A stretch of 34,897 nucleotides of DNA from an uncultured Candidatus Saccharibacteria bacterium (GTDB lineage Bacteria > Patescibacteriota > Minisyncoccia > UBA6257 > Colwellbacteraceae), in contig CAYGDC010000001.1 in NCBI GenBank assembly GCA_964348605.1, positions 6,926-41,822 on the forward strand, written 5' to 3'. Made by a program: the position numbers and the translations under genes. Below, in pieces: positions 8,433 through 16,758 of this stretch. Position 1 is the stretch's first letter. Every line of letters begins with the position of its first letter. The notes below the pieces were generated by a model. It searched no databases. It was not told the origin of the DNA and worked only from the letters and a program-made list of their open reading frames with translations.

Positions 8433-11400
8433 AAAATATTTTTATCTAAATATGCAAGATAAAGATTTAGAAGAAAGGATTTCGATACATAAAAAATTTT
8501 TAGACTTACATCTTGGCAATCGATTTATGGTCGATATACCAATATGTGTAAATCCACCTAAAGATTTTAATGCCGAATCTATTAAGGATTTTTGGCAAAA
8601 TTTTGTCTCTGCATTTCCCCATCGCACTGACAGTAAAATATTAAATTTTTATATTCATATCCCTTATTGTCTAAATAAGTGCCATTATTGTTTTTATGGA
8701 TCTGAGGCATTAAATAATAAGAAAGACTTAGATCGATATATTGCTGTTTTAATAAAATATTTTCAATATTTTGAGAAGACTTTTAATAAAATAACTTTTG
8801 CAAATTTATATATAGGTGGTGGGACACCTAATATATTAGATGAAAAACAATTAAAGACTTTATTAGCTGAGTTATTTAAGCGTTTTAAATTTGACAAGGA
8901 TGGAGAGAAGACATTTGAAGGCGATCCCAGGTGTTCTTCTTTAAAAAAGCTTAAGTTATTAAAAAAATACGGCTTTAATCGCATTAGCTTTGGCGTGCAA
9001 TCTTTTGATAAAAAAGTATTAAAATATAATAATAGAGATGAACAAATTGATGGCAAGGTAGTAAAACGCGCTGTTGATGATGTTAAAAAAGCCGGCATCT
9101 CCCACATTAATTTAGATATGATAGTGGGTCTTTATGGCGAAGAAGAAAATTCCCTTATTACAAGTTTCCAACAAGCCATTCAGTTAAAGCCCTATTCTAT
9201 ATCTGTATATCCCATGCAAGCAACTGATAAATATCTAAAAATGTTTTTTGATTCTAATAAAACAAAATTTGATGAATATCGAGCAAAAATTATTAATTCG
9301 ACAATAAGCAAGATATTAGAAATTGCTGAAGAGAATAATTATAAGTGCCCCACTTATTCAGAATATATTTTTCCAATGAGTAATGCCTCTTCTTTTAGTT
9401 TAATTAATCAAGCTATACGCCCGCTAAGCTCAACATACAATGTAGATAGCCCTGATCAAAATGTTTCTTGTTTTGGATTGGGGATTCATAGTATTTCTAA
9501 AATTAATGGCAGAGAATTTTCTTATCAAATGACAGAGCCGCTAACGACACATCCAGTGAACTATATTTATAAGGGAATTGCCAATGATAAAAAGCATCAA
9601 ATAGCTGAATATCTTGTGAGGGGATTTGCTTCCAAAAAATTTATTTCTAGAGCAGATATTAGAAAAGCTATCGGCGCTGATGTTATTGATTATTTCCAAG
9701 ATGTTCTTACAAAGCTAAAGGCAATTAAAATAATTAGCATTAGGGGAGATAAAGTATATTTTGCCCCTAAAACAGAGGATGAAAGAAAAAAAAATATATT
9801 ATTTTTTTATGATATTGATGAAATTAAAGCGCGCATGCCAAAAGAAGAAATAGAGCCTATTCAGCATGATAATAAAATAAAAAAAACCGTTATTATCGCT
9901 GGTTATGCTTGTAATAATAATTGCATTTTTTGTATACATGGAGACAAGCGTAGTCAGATTGTAGATAAAACTAATCTGCAAATTAAAAAAGAAATAAATG
10001 AGGCACGCAATCGAGGCAGTACTTATTTAGAAATTATTGGCGGAGAAGCGTCAACAAGGCTGGATATACTAGATTTAATAAAGTTTGCCAAAAAAATAGG
10101 ATTTAGCACCATTATGATGGCTACTAATGGTCGAATGTATTCGTATGAAGAGTTTACCAGAAAGGCTCTCCAGGCTGGCCTAAATAGCCTAGTTTTTTCT
10201 ATTCATGGCCACAATAGCGAGCTTCACGATGCCCTTACTCAGGCTCCTGGTAGTTTCCAGCAACTCAAACAGGGGCTTCAAAATGCACAAAAAATAGCAA
10301 AAGATTTAAATCTAGATATAAGCTTGGGAGCTAATGTTTGCATTGTAAAACAAAATTATAAATATTTGCCCAAGATTGGAAATTATATTAAAAAACTAGG
10401 GATTAATAACGCTGAATTTATTTTTATTGATCCCAATAATGGCGCAGGACTTAAGTCTTTTAATAAACTGGTTCCTAAAATTTCTGATGCTGCGCCATAT
10501 ATTCATAAGTGTTTAGAAATCGGTAAAAAAAATAAAATACCTCATTGGCACATTAGATATGTTCCTCTTTGTTATTTTCAAAATTATCTTGATCAAATAA
10601 GTGAATTACAGGAAATAAAATCATTTCACACTGAGCACATTGCGCCTGATTTTTATAATCCAAATGCCTCGGAGGGAAGACAAAATATTGGGCGAATAAA
10701 AACAGAAAAATGCCAAAAGTGTCAATTATTTAATAAATGCGAAGGCGTCTGGAAAGAATATTTTAGGCACTATGGTGATGCAGAACTAATGCCTATTATT
10801 GATAATAATTCTAATCACCAAAATGCCCCTATTGTTCTTCTTAGAATCCTTCCTGCCACATTTGATTTATATATAAACAATATAGATCTTCTTTGCCAAA
10901 GAATGAAGAATGATTTTAACATGCCTGTAAATCTACTATTTATAGTTTCTATGGAAGATATACTGGGAGAATTTAGAGACAAAAAGAAAAAGATGGCAGT
11001 AAAAAAAATAAAAAAAATAGTTACTAAATTAGTAAAGAAAAATTTAGATTTTAGCATTAGTCCGCTTCCTCCGTGTTTATTTAATGTTCCTTGCCCAATA
11101 ATCATCAAAAAACGGATTTTGAAAAACAATCAAACCTATTCTTTGCCCCCAGCGTTCATAACTGATCCAGGCATAAAACATTCTATTGATAGCATTGAAA
11201 ACATGGACATCCAGCCCCAATGTTTATCATGCCAATTTAAATTGAAGAATAAATGTAGGGGGATATATATAAAGATAGGCGTACCATTAATTGATCAAAA
11301 AACTCAAGAATGGTTAAAAAACAAAATAGAATCATCAAAAAATATTACTTTACTTGATTGTGGTAGTGGCGCTAATCCGCCATTTTTAAAAACCTATAAA

Positions 11401-11868
11401 GAAATTGCCTTGGGAGGCGGCCTTATACATCTTTTAGAACCCGATACAGAAGAGGTGGTGGGACTAATGCCAGCAGTCTCTAGCTACCCTAGTATTATTA
11501 TTAATAATAATACTATTGAAGATGCTGATCTCCAGAGAAATTTTTTTGATATTGTAATATTAACTGGCAGCTATTCTCATATTCACAATTTACACAAAGC
11601 ATTGCTGAATATAGAGAGCGCTTTAAAACAAGGAGGTCTTTTATTAATAAAAGACGAAATGGACACAACGCAATCTGAGGGAAATAAAATTTTTGATAAA
11701 AGCCAAGCGTCAGCTTACGGATTTCATTACAGGAATCATAGCTTAAAGCGAGTTACTGCTGAGCTAGAAAAATATAACTTTAAAGTTATTGAAGGAGTAG
11801 AAGGAGAAGCAATGAAAAATAAACATCAGTTTTGGGCTATTAAAGCAGAAAAAAATAGCTATATATAG
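8413..11868 (+). CDS. Four-domain fusion protein (1151 aa): HemN/HemZ-like radical SAM + family-A radical SAM (A4) + Cys-containing X domain + class I SAM-dependent methyltransferase
   Basis: HemN-like: YIHIPYCLNKCHYC (nt 8668-8691), YIGGGTPN, NRISFGVQSF, NLDMIVGLYGE. A4: CNNNCIFC (nt 9910-9933), IIGGEASTR, TNGRMYSY, HDALTQAPGSFQQL, CQKCx5CEG. X domain (aa ~805-955): SPLPPC and CLSCx7CRG. Methyltransferase: LLDCGSGANP (aa ~979-988) and a later GGLLLIKD. An alternative ATG at 8425 overlaps the B2 stop. Confidence 0.85.
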   Translation: MALLMNKKYFYLNMQDKDLEERISIHKKFLDLHLGNRFMVDIPICVNPPKDFNAESIKDFWQNFVSAFPHRTDSKILNFYIHIPYCLNKCHYCFYGSEALNNKKDLDRYIAVLIKYFQYFEKTFNKITFANLYIGGGTPNILDEKQLKTLLAELFKRFKFDKDGEKTFEGDPRCSSLKKLKLLKKYGFNRISFGVQSFDKKVLKYNNRDEQIDGKVVKRAVDDVKKAGISHINLDMIVGLYGEEENSLITSFQQAIQLKPYSISVYPMQATDKYLKMFFDSNKTKFDEYRAKIINSTISKILEIAEENNYKCPTYSEYIFPMSNASSFSLINQAIRPLSSTYNVDSPDQNVSCFGLGIHSISKINGREFSYQMTEPLTTHPVNYIYKGIANDKKHQIAEYLVRGFASKKFISRADIRKAIGADVIDYFQDVLTKLKAIKIISIRGDKVYFAPKTEDERKKNILFFYDIDEIKARMPKEEIEPIQHDNKIKKTVIIAGYACNNNCIFCIHGDKRSQIVDKTNLQIKKEINEARNRGSTYLEIIGGEASTRLDILDLIKFAKKIGFSTIMMATNGRMYSYEEFTRKALQAGLNSLVFSIHGHNSELHDALTQAPGSFQQLKQGLQNAQKIAKDLNLDISLGANVCIVKQNYKYLPKIGNYIKKLGINNAEFIFIDPNNGAGLKSFNKLVPKISDAAPYIHKCLEIGKKNKIPHWHIRYVPLCYFQNYLDQISELQEIKSFHTEHIAPDFYNPNASEGRQNIGRIKTEKCQKCQLFNKCEGVWKEYFRHYGDAELMPIIDNNSNHQNAPIVLLRILPATFDLYINNIDLLCQRMKNDFNMPVNLLFIVSMEDILGEFRDKKKKMAVKKIKKIVTKLVKKNLDFSISPLPPCLFNVPCPIIIKKRILKNNQTYSLPPAFITDPGIKHSIDSIENMDIQPQCLSCQFKLKNKCRGIYIKIGVPLIDQKTQEWLKNKIESSKNITLLDCGSGANPPFLKTYKEIALGGGLIHLLEPDTEEVVGLMPAVSSYPSIIINNNTIEDADLQRNFFDIVILTGSYSHIHNLHKALLNIESALKQGGLLLIKDEMDTTQSEGNKIFDKSQASAYGFHYRNHSLKRVTAELEKYNFKVIEGVEGEAMKNKHQFWAIKAEKNSYI

Positions 11869-11925
11869 CAATATATGTTACTATTAATATAATAAAGGTC
11901 GAAAATAAAATAATTAATATAAAAA

Positions 11926-12480
11926 ATGAATAAAAAAGTTTTGCTTGGAGTAGTTATATTATTTGTTGTGTTAGGCATTTTATTTATTATGATGTTAATG
12001 CCTAATTTAATCGCAGAAAGGGAGGGGGTGGGAGCGAATAGACAAGAAGCGCGACCAACATCTCTTCGTTCTTTAGTAACCCCTAATGGGCGGATTATTT
12101 ATTTGCGCGACGACATGTTCTTAAACGCGATCCACGGATTTTTTAAAGAGCAAATTAGTCCATCAGAGTTCATAATGATAGCTGACTTACAACAAATGTT
12201 TCAGGACGCCGACGGACTACATACAGAAATAAGAGTTACTATACATCCAGATGCTCCAGTTGTTGCCGTTAAAGGAATTCGAGCAGATAGAACTATGGAC
12301 GAAACTCCTATATCTATAGATGATTTACGATGGGGGAATCTAATTCAACTTGAATTAATGACCGGAGAGCTCAATACTCAAGTTTTTGAAAAAGATGCAT
12401 ATACCCCAAGAAGAATTATGCGCCTTGATTTTATTCCCATGGGCCTTACTCCTACTACTGAGCCTGCGTCTATCCCTTAA
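11926..12480 (+). CDS. Hypothetical membrane-anchored or secreted protein (184 aa)
   Basis: It has an N-terminal hydrophobic helix (VLLGVVILFVVLGILFIMMLM) followed by a soluble domain with no motif I recognise. By eye it is noticeably more GC-rich than its neighbours. Confidence 0.6.
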   Translation: MNKKVLLGVVILFVVLGILFIMMLMPNLIAEREGVGANRQEARPTSLRSLVTPNGRIIYLRDDMFLNAIHGFFKEQISPSEFIMIADLQQMFQDADGLHTEIRVTIHPDAPVVAVKGIRADRTMDETPISIDDLRWGNLIQLELMTGELNTQVFEKDAYTPRRIMRLDFIPMGLTPTTEPASIP

Positions 12481-12513
12481 AACACAGCAAAGGGGATTAA
12501 ACATAATAGTAAA

Positions 12514-12551
12514 ATACACATGGGGTGTTTATAAGAACATCCCATGTGTAT
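12514..12551 (+). terminator. Strong stem-loop downstream of the 184-aa ORF (putative terminator)
   Basis: ATACACATGGGGTGTT (12514-12529) pairs with GAACATCCCATGTGTAT (12535-12551), giving a ~16-bp stem with one G-A mismatch and a 5-nt loop. The tail is AT-rich, not a clean T-tract. Confidence 0.55.
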
Positions 12552-12585
12552 TATAAAATAACAAGATTTAAGCACATTCAATAAT

Positions 12586-12614
12586 TTGATTATCGCAAAT
12601 TTATAGATTATTAT
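12586..12614 (+). promoter_or_regulatory. Sigma70-like promoter in front of the 73-aa ORF
   Basis: TTGATT (12586-12591), a 17-nt spacer, then TATTAT (12609-12614), ending 16 nt before the ATG at 12631. The geometry matches the rpsB promoter here. In AT-rich DNA chance matches are common. Confidence 0.4.
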
Positions 12615-12630
12615 TTAAAAAAATAAAAAA

Positions 12631-12852
12631 ATGCAAAAAACTTCTTTAGTTGATAAAAAACAATATGCTGTTATTTATCGTAGTATAGAGCACTTTGAGG
12701 TTCTTGGCTTTGTTACGGCTGATTCTATAGAGGATGCAAAAGACAAGGCTAAAAAAGAATTATTAGTAGAAGCTAAACACTACGTGGTAACAGAAGCAGA
12801 AATTGCTGAATTAAAAGATTTAAATAAAATATCTTTTGATATTTCCACTTAA
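12631..12852 (+). CDS. Small hypothetical protein (73 aa), acidic/Lys-rich with no Cys
   Basis: The ORF is in the track. It sits 5 nt upstream of rSAM A5 and has its own promoter-like element. No recognisable motif. Confidence 0.5.
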   Translation: MQKTSLVDKKQYAVIYRSIEHFEVLGFVTADSIEDAKDKAKKELLVEAKHYVVTEAEIAELKDLNKISFDIST

Positions 12853-12857
12853 ATAAA

Positions 12858-13805
12858 ATGGCAGATATTTGCGTTTGGAATCGATGCAATAATGGCTGTC
12901 TTATGTGTTCTAATCCACGCGAATTTAATAAATCAGTTCACAGTGCGACATATTCACTAGATGCCATTATAAACAGAGTTAAGAAAAATTATGACAACTT
13001 ACAAAAGAATCACCAAGTTATAGACTTAACTGGTGGTGAGCCAACTATTCATCAACATTTTTTTGAAATACTCGCCCTGCTAAAAAAACAACACCCAGAA
13101 AATAAAATAGCACTCAATACTAATGGTAGGATGTTTGCTTATTATGAGTTTACTAAAAAACATTTGCCCTATATTAATTTTATTAAAATAGCAGTACACG
13201 GCTTTAATCCACAATCACATGATATTATCACTGGAATTAAAGGAAGTTTTTATCAAACTGTTAAGGGAATTAAAAACATTTTAACGGTCAGAAAAAACAT
13301 TAAAAACGGTGCTTTTATCGAAGTTGAGATAAGAATCATTCTAACAAAATTAAATTATCAAAATTTAGAAGAAATACTTAGTTTTTTACATCAAAATTTT
13401 TCAGAAGTTAATAGAATTGTATTAATTTTTCCAGAATTTGAGGGAATTTGCCAGGAGAATTTTTCTCTAATTGGCATTACATATCAAGACTGTTCATTAT
13501 TTATTAAAACAGCTATTCAGAATTGGGCCCCAAATTTTAAAGATATACGGCTTTATCACTTTCCTTTATGCGTTCTACCATTTAAGTTGTGGCCATATAC
13601 TTGGAGAACACTAAGGGGCGACGAAGTTATTTTTTTAGAAAGATGTCAGGAATGTATTTATAAAAAATATTGTCTTGGCGTACACATAGACTATCCTAAA
13701 GTCATTGGAGACAGAGAGTTTCAGCCAATTATATCTTCTGTAGGAGAAATTATAGTAAATAAAGGTGATCAATTTATTTACCACCCAATTATTGCAGTAA
13801 AATAA
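12858..13805 (+). CDS. Radical SAM enzyme, paralog family A, member A5 (315 aa)
   Basis: CNNGCLMC (nt 12885-12908), LTGGEPTIH, TNGRMFAY, HDIITGIKGSFYQTVKGIKN, FPLC, and CQECx5CLG. Confidence 0.85.
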   Translation: MADICVWNRCNNGCLMCSNPREFNKSVHSATYSLDAIINRVKKNYDNLQKNHQVIDLTGGEPTIHQHFFEILALLKKQHPENKIALNTNGRMFAYYEFTKKHLPYINFIKIAVHGFNPQSHDIITGIKGSFYQTVKGIKNILTVRKNIKNGAFIEVEIRIILTKLNYQNLEEILSFLHQNFSEVNRIVLIFPEFEGICQENFSLIGITYQDCSLFIKTAIQNWAPNFKDIRLYHFPLCVLPFKLWPYTWRTLRGDEVIFLERCQECIYKKYCLGVHIDYPKVIGDREFQPIISSVGEIIVNKGDQFIYHPIIAVK

Positions 13806-13806
13806 G

Positions 13807-14970
13807 ATGGCAATATTGCAAATAATTAATTTTATTGACTTATTTTTTTTATTACCACTTTTTATTATTGGGATAATATCTTCATATACAGATATAAAAT
13901 ATAATAAAATATTTAACAGTCTTATTATTCTTGGCTTACTTTATGGCCTCTGGATAATTATTGCTTTATTGTTACAAAATATTTTTTTACTAGGTGAGGC
14001 AGAAAACTTTATTTATATAGGCAAAGTTTTTTTAAACTCCTTTTTAGCTTTATTAGTGGGCTATTTTCTTTGGTATCAAAAATATTGGTCAGCCGGAGAC
14101 GCTAAGCTATTTACTGTTTATGCCCTATTACTACCTTTAAAATTTTACGATAAAAGTTATTTTGACTACTTCCCTTCTTTTAATTTAATAATCAATTTAT
14201 TTTTCCCAGTCATCATTGTTTTAAGCTTTTATTCTCTTAAAGATTTTTTTTATTCTTTGTTCGAGCGACTTATTAAAAAAAATATATTTTTAAAGCAGGT
14301 GCCTATTAAAGAGCGTTATTTTAATGCTATAAAAGAGCTTAAAAAAATTGGCACTTTATTAATAAACTTTATTTTTTTTATTGTTATTATCCAAATAATA
14401 TTACTTAGTTTTAGAATAGTTATTGGCCAAACAGCAGGCTTGCATCCTTTTTTACTTTATCTAATTATCGTTTTTCTAATGCAAAAAATTAATAAGTGGA
14501 AAAATAAATTTAGATGGCTCACTCCTCTTATTTATAGCGTATCATTTATATATATCTTTTATTTAATTATTCAACTTGATTTTTCTGCTATTTTGGGGCT
14601 AGCGAGAATGGCCTTAATATTTTTAATATTTATTAATTTGGCTCGTCATTTTTTAGATCATTATATTGACAGAAAAGAGATAGGATCTCTTCCATTAAAA
14701 GATTTACGAAAAGGAGTATTAATTCATCAAGAAGATTTAAGCAAGCTCATAAGCTCCTTAAGCACAAAAGAAAAGGAAGCATTAAATTGGATTGGCGCTG
14801 AAGGCATAAGCGAGGAACAAATCTTGATTATTAAAAATAAATTTAAAACAAGCCTAAATAATGAAATAAGATTTTATAAAACATTTCCTTTCGCGCCCTA
14901 TATGTTATTAGCGACTATAATCTCTATATTAACTCAATCTTCATTTTTAGCTTGGATAGATATTATATAA
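13807..14970 (+). CDS. Polytopic membrane protein resembling an A24-family (prepilin/preflagellin peptidase-type) aspartic protease, with a large C-terminal extension
   Basis: SYTDIKYNKIFN (Asp29) and WSAGDAKLF (GxGD-like, Asp98, nt 14098-14100) sit ~70 aa apart in hydrophobic segments. The C-terminal FPFAPYMLLA resembles the conserved PFxP end of A24 peptidases. The start is 1 nt after the A5 stop. Confidence 0.55.
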   Translation: MAILQIINFIDLFFLLPLFIIGIISSYTDIKYNKIFNSLIILGLLYGLWIIIALLLQNIFLLGEAENFIYIGKVFLNSFLALLVGYFLWYQKYWSAGDAKLFTVYALLLPLKFYDKSYFDYFPSFNLIINLFFPVIIVLSFYSLKDFFYSLFERLIKKNIFLKQVPIKERYFNAIKELKKIGTLLINFIFFIVIIQIILLSFRIVIGQTAGLHPFLLYLIIVFLMQKINKWKNKFRWLTPLIYSVSFIYIFYLIIQLDFSAILGLARMALIFLIFINLARHFLDHYIDRKEIGSLPLKDLRKGVLIHQEDLSKLISSLSTKEKEALNWIGAEGISEEQILIIKNKFKTSLNNEIRFYKTFPFAPYMLLATIISILTQSSFLAWIDII

Positions 14971-15115
14971 AGTGCTGGATAAAAACATTTATTTAAATTA
15001 TTAAAATAAATCTTTTTTATTTTCTAATAGAGCAATAATAAAACCACTATTATTTGCGCTTAAATATAATATAGTATAATCTCACATCATAAATAGGTAG
15101 TTCAAATAATATTTT

Positions 15116-16756
15116 ATGATTAAAGGCTTACTTTTTGGAGGTGAAGCTGGGCAGGGGATTGATAGAACAGCTTCATTAATGGGAGAAATTTTAATTTCTG
15201 CGGGCTTTTTTTGTTTTTTAAATAGAGAATATTCATCTTTAATTCGTGGTGGTCATAATTTTGACACCCTAACTTTTTCTGATCAGCCTATTTTTTCTAC
15301 CCCAGAGAAAATTGATTTATTAATTGCTTTTGATAATGACTCGATCACTAATCATCAACACAAGCTTAAATCTAGCGGACACATTATTGGCGCGCACAAT
15401 CTCTTGTCTCAAGATGTCTGGCTTAAAATAGATGCTCATTCTTTTGTGCGCCAACGCCGCATTCAATCAGTTTTTGGCAACAATATTTTTATTGGCGCAC
15501 TAATAAAATACTTTGGACTACCTATATCAATTAGCGAACAAATAATTAATAGGGGATTTTCTAAGAAAGAAGCAGTTATTATTAAAGAAGCAATCAAAAT
15601 TGGATATGATTTAGGACAAGTTCAAGAAAAGCTAATTATTAAAAAAAAACAACTTATTTTTTTGAAAGGAAATGCTGCCATTGCGCAAGGAGCATTAAAA
15701 GCTGGGCTAGAAATAACTTTTTATTATCCAATTACGCCAGCTACTAGCGTTTTTGACGAACTTAAAAAACTTGATGATAAACAGCAAGTAAAAATAATTC
15801 AACTAGAAAATGAAATAGCGGTTATTAACGCGGCGCTAGGAGCGAGTTTTGCTGGCGCAATGAGTTTTGTCGGCACCTCTGGGCCAGGTTTTGCTTTAAT
15901 GACCGAATCTTTAAGTCTGGCTGGTATGGCAGAAATACCGATAGTTCTTTATTTAGCCATGCGTCCTGGCCCAGCGACTGGAATGCCGACATTTACTGCA
16001 CAAGATGACTTAAAATTTGCTCTTAGTGCTGGCCATGGCGAATTTCCTAAGGTGGTGCTTGCGCCAGGCGATGCTAGTGAAGCGTTTGCTAGAATAATAG
16101 AGGCTTTTTATCTTGCTTATAAATATCGCGTACCAGTTATTATTTTAGGAGACAAGCATTTATCTGAAAGCTATTTTAGCTTTACTAAATTACAAAAACC
16201 ACAAGTTAAGGCTAATAAATTTATTAGTCAATCAATTACTAATTATAGAAGCTATAAAATTACTAAAACTGGCGTTTCTCCTCGATTAATACCTGGGCAA
16301 GGGCCAATTGTTCGCGCAACAAGCTATGAGCACGACGAAGATGGCCACACTACAGAAGATGGAAAAATTGCAGTTGCGATGAAAGACAAAAGACAAGCAA
16401 AAAATATTTTTATAGCTAAAGAAATTCATGATAAACTTAAGCCAATTAATATATTTGGCAAAGGAGAAAATTTAATTATATCTTGGGGATCTACTAAGGG
16501 CGCGATATTAGATAGTTTAAGCAGGCTAGATGGCTGGCGTTTTCTTCAAATTATTTATCTTGATCCTTTCCCAACCGATCAAGTAATGCAAGAAATTAAG
16601 CTAGCCAAGCGCGTTGTTTTAGTTGAAAATAGCTCTGTTGGGTTTTTATCTTCTTTAATTCATCAGCAAACAGGTTTTTTGATAAAAGACAAAATTTTAA
16701 AATATGATGGCCAAGCTTTTTCTCCAGATGAAATTATAAATAAAATCAGTCATTGA
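15116..16756 (+). CDS. 2-oxoacid:ferredoxin oxidoreductase, fused gamma-alpha subunit
   Basis: The N-terminal GGEAGQGI...RGGHN is gamma/POR-catalytic-like. It is followed by GNAAIAQGALKAGLEITFYYPITPAT, an alpha-subunit N-domain signature. Substrate specificity (pyruvate or 2-oxoglutarate) cannot be called. Confidence 0.85.
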   Translation: MIKGLLFGGEAGQGIDRTASLMGEILISAGFFCFLNREYSSLIRGGHNFDTLTFSDQPIFSTPEKIDLLIAFDNDSITNHQHKLKSSGHIIGAHNLLSQDVWLKIDAHSFVRQRRIQSVFGNNIFIGALIKYFGLPISISEQIINRGFSKKEAVIIKEAIKIGYDLGQVQEKLIIKKKQLIFLKGNAAIAQGALKAGLEITFYYPITPATSVFDELKKLDDKQQVKIIQLENEIAVINAALGASFAGAMSFVGTSGPGFALMTESLSLAGMAEIPIVLYLAMRPGPATGMPTFTAQDDLKFALSAGHGEFPKVVLAPGDASEAFARIIEAFYLAYKYRVPVIILGDKHLSESYFSFTKLQKPQVKANKFISQSITNYRSYKITKTGVSPRLIPGQGPIVRATSYEHDEDGHTTEDGKIAVAMKDKRQAKNIFIAKEIHDKLKPINIFGKGENLIISWGSTKGAILDSLSRLDGWRFLQIIYLDPFPTDQVMQEIKLAKRVVLVENSSVGFLSSLIHQQTGFLIKDKILKYDGQAFSPDEIINKISH

Positions 16757-16758
16757 TT

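Noticed and set aside
856-11129. Minus-strand ORFs from the track inside the rSAM island (856-1080, 1603-1797, 6341-6526, 6675-6875, 8442-8627, 8763-9107, 9799-9981, 10815-11129)
   Set aside because: Each lies wholly inside a longer plus-strand ORF with clear enzyme motifs. Their products are low-complexity and show no motifs, which is typical of antisense shadow ORFs in AT-rich DNA.
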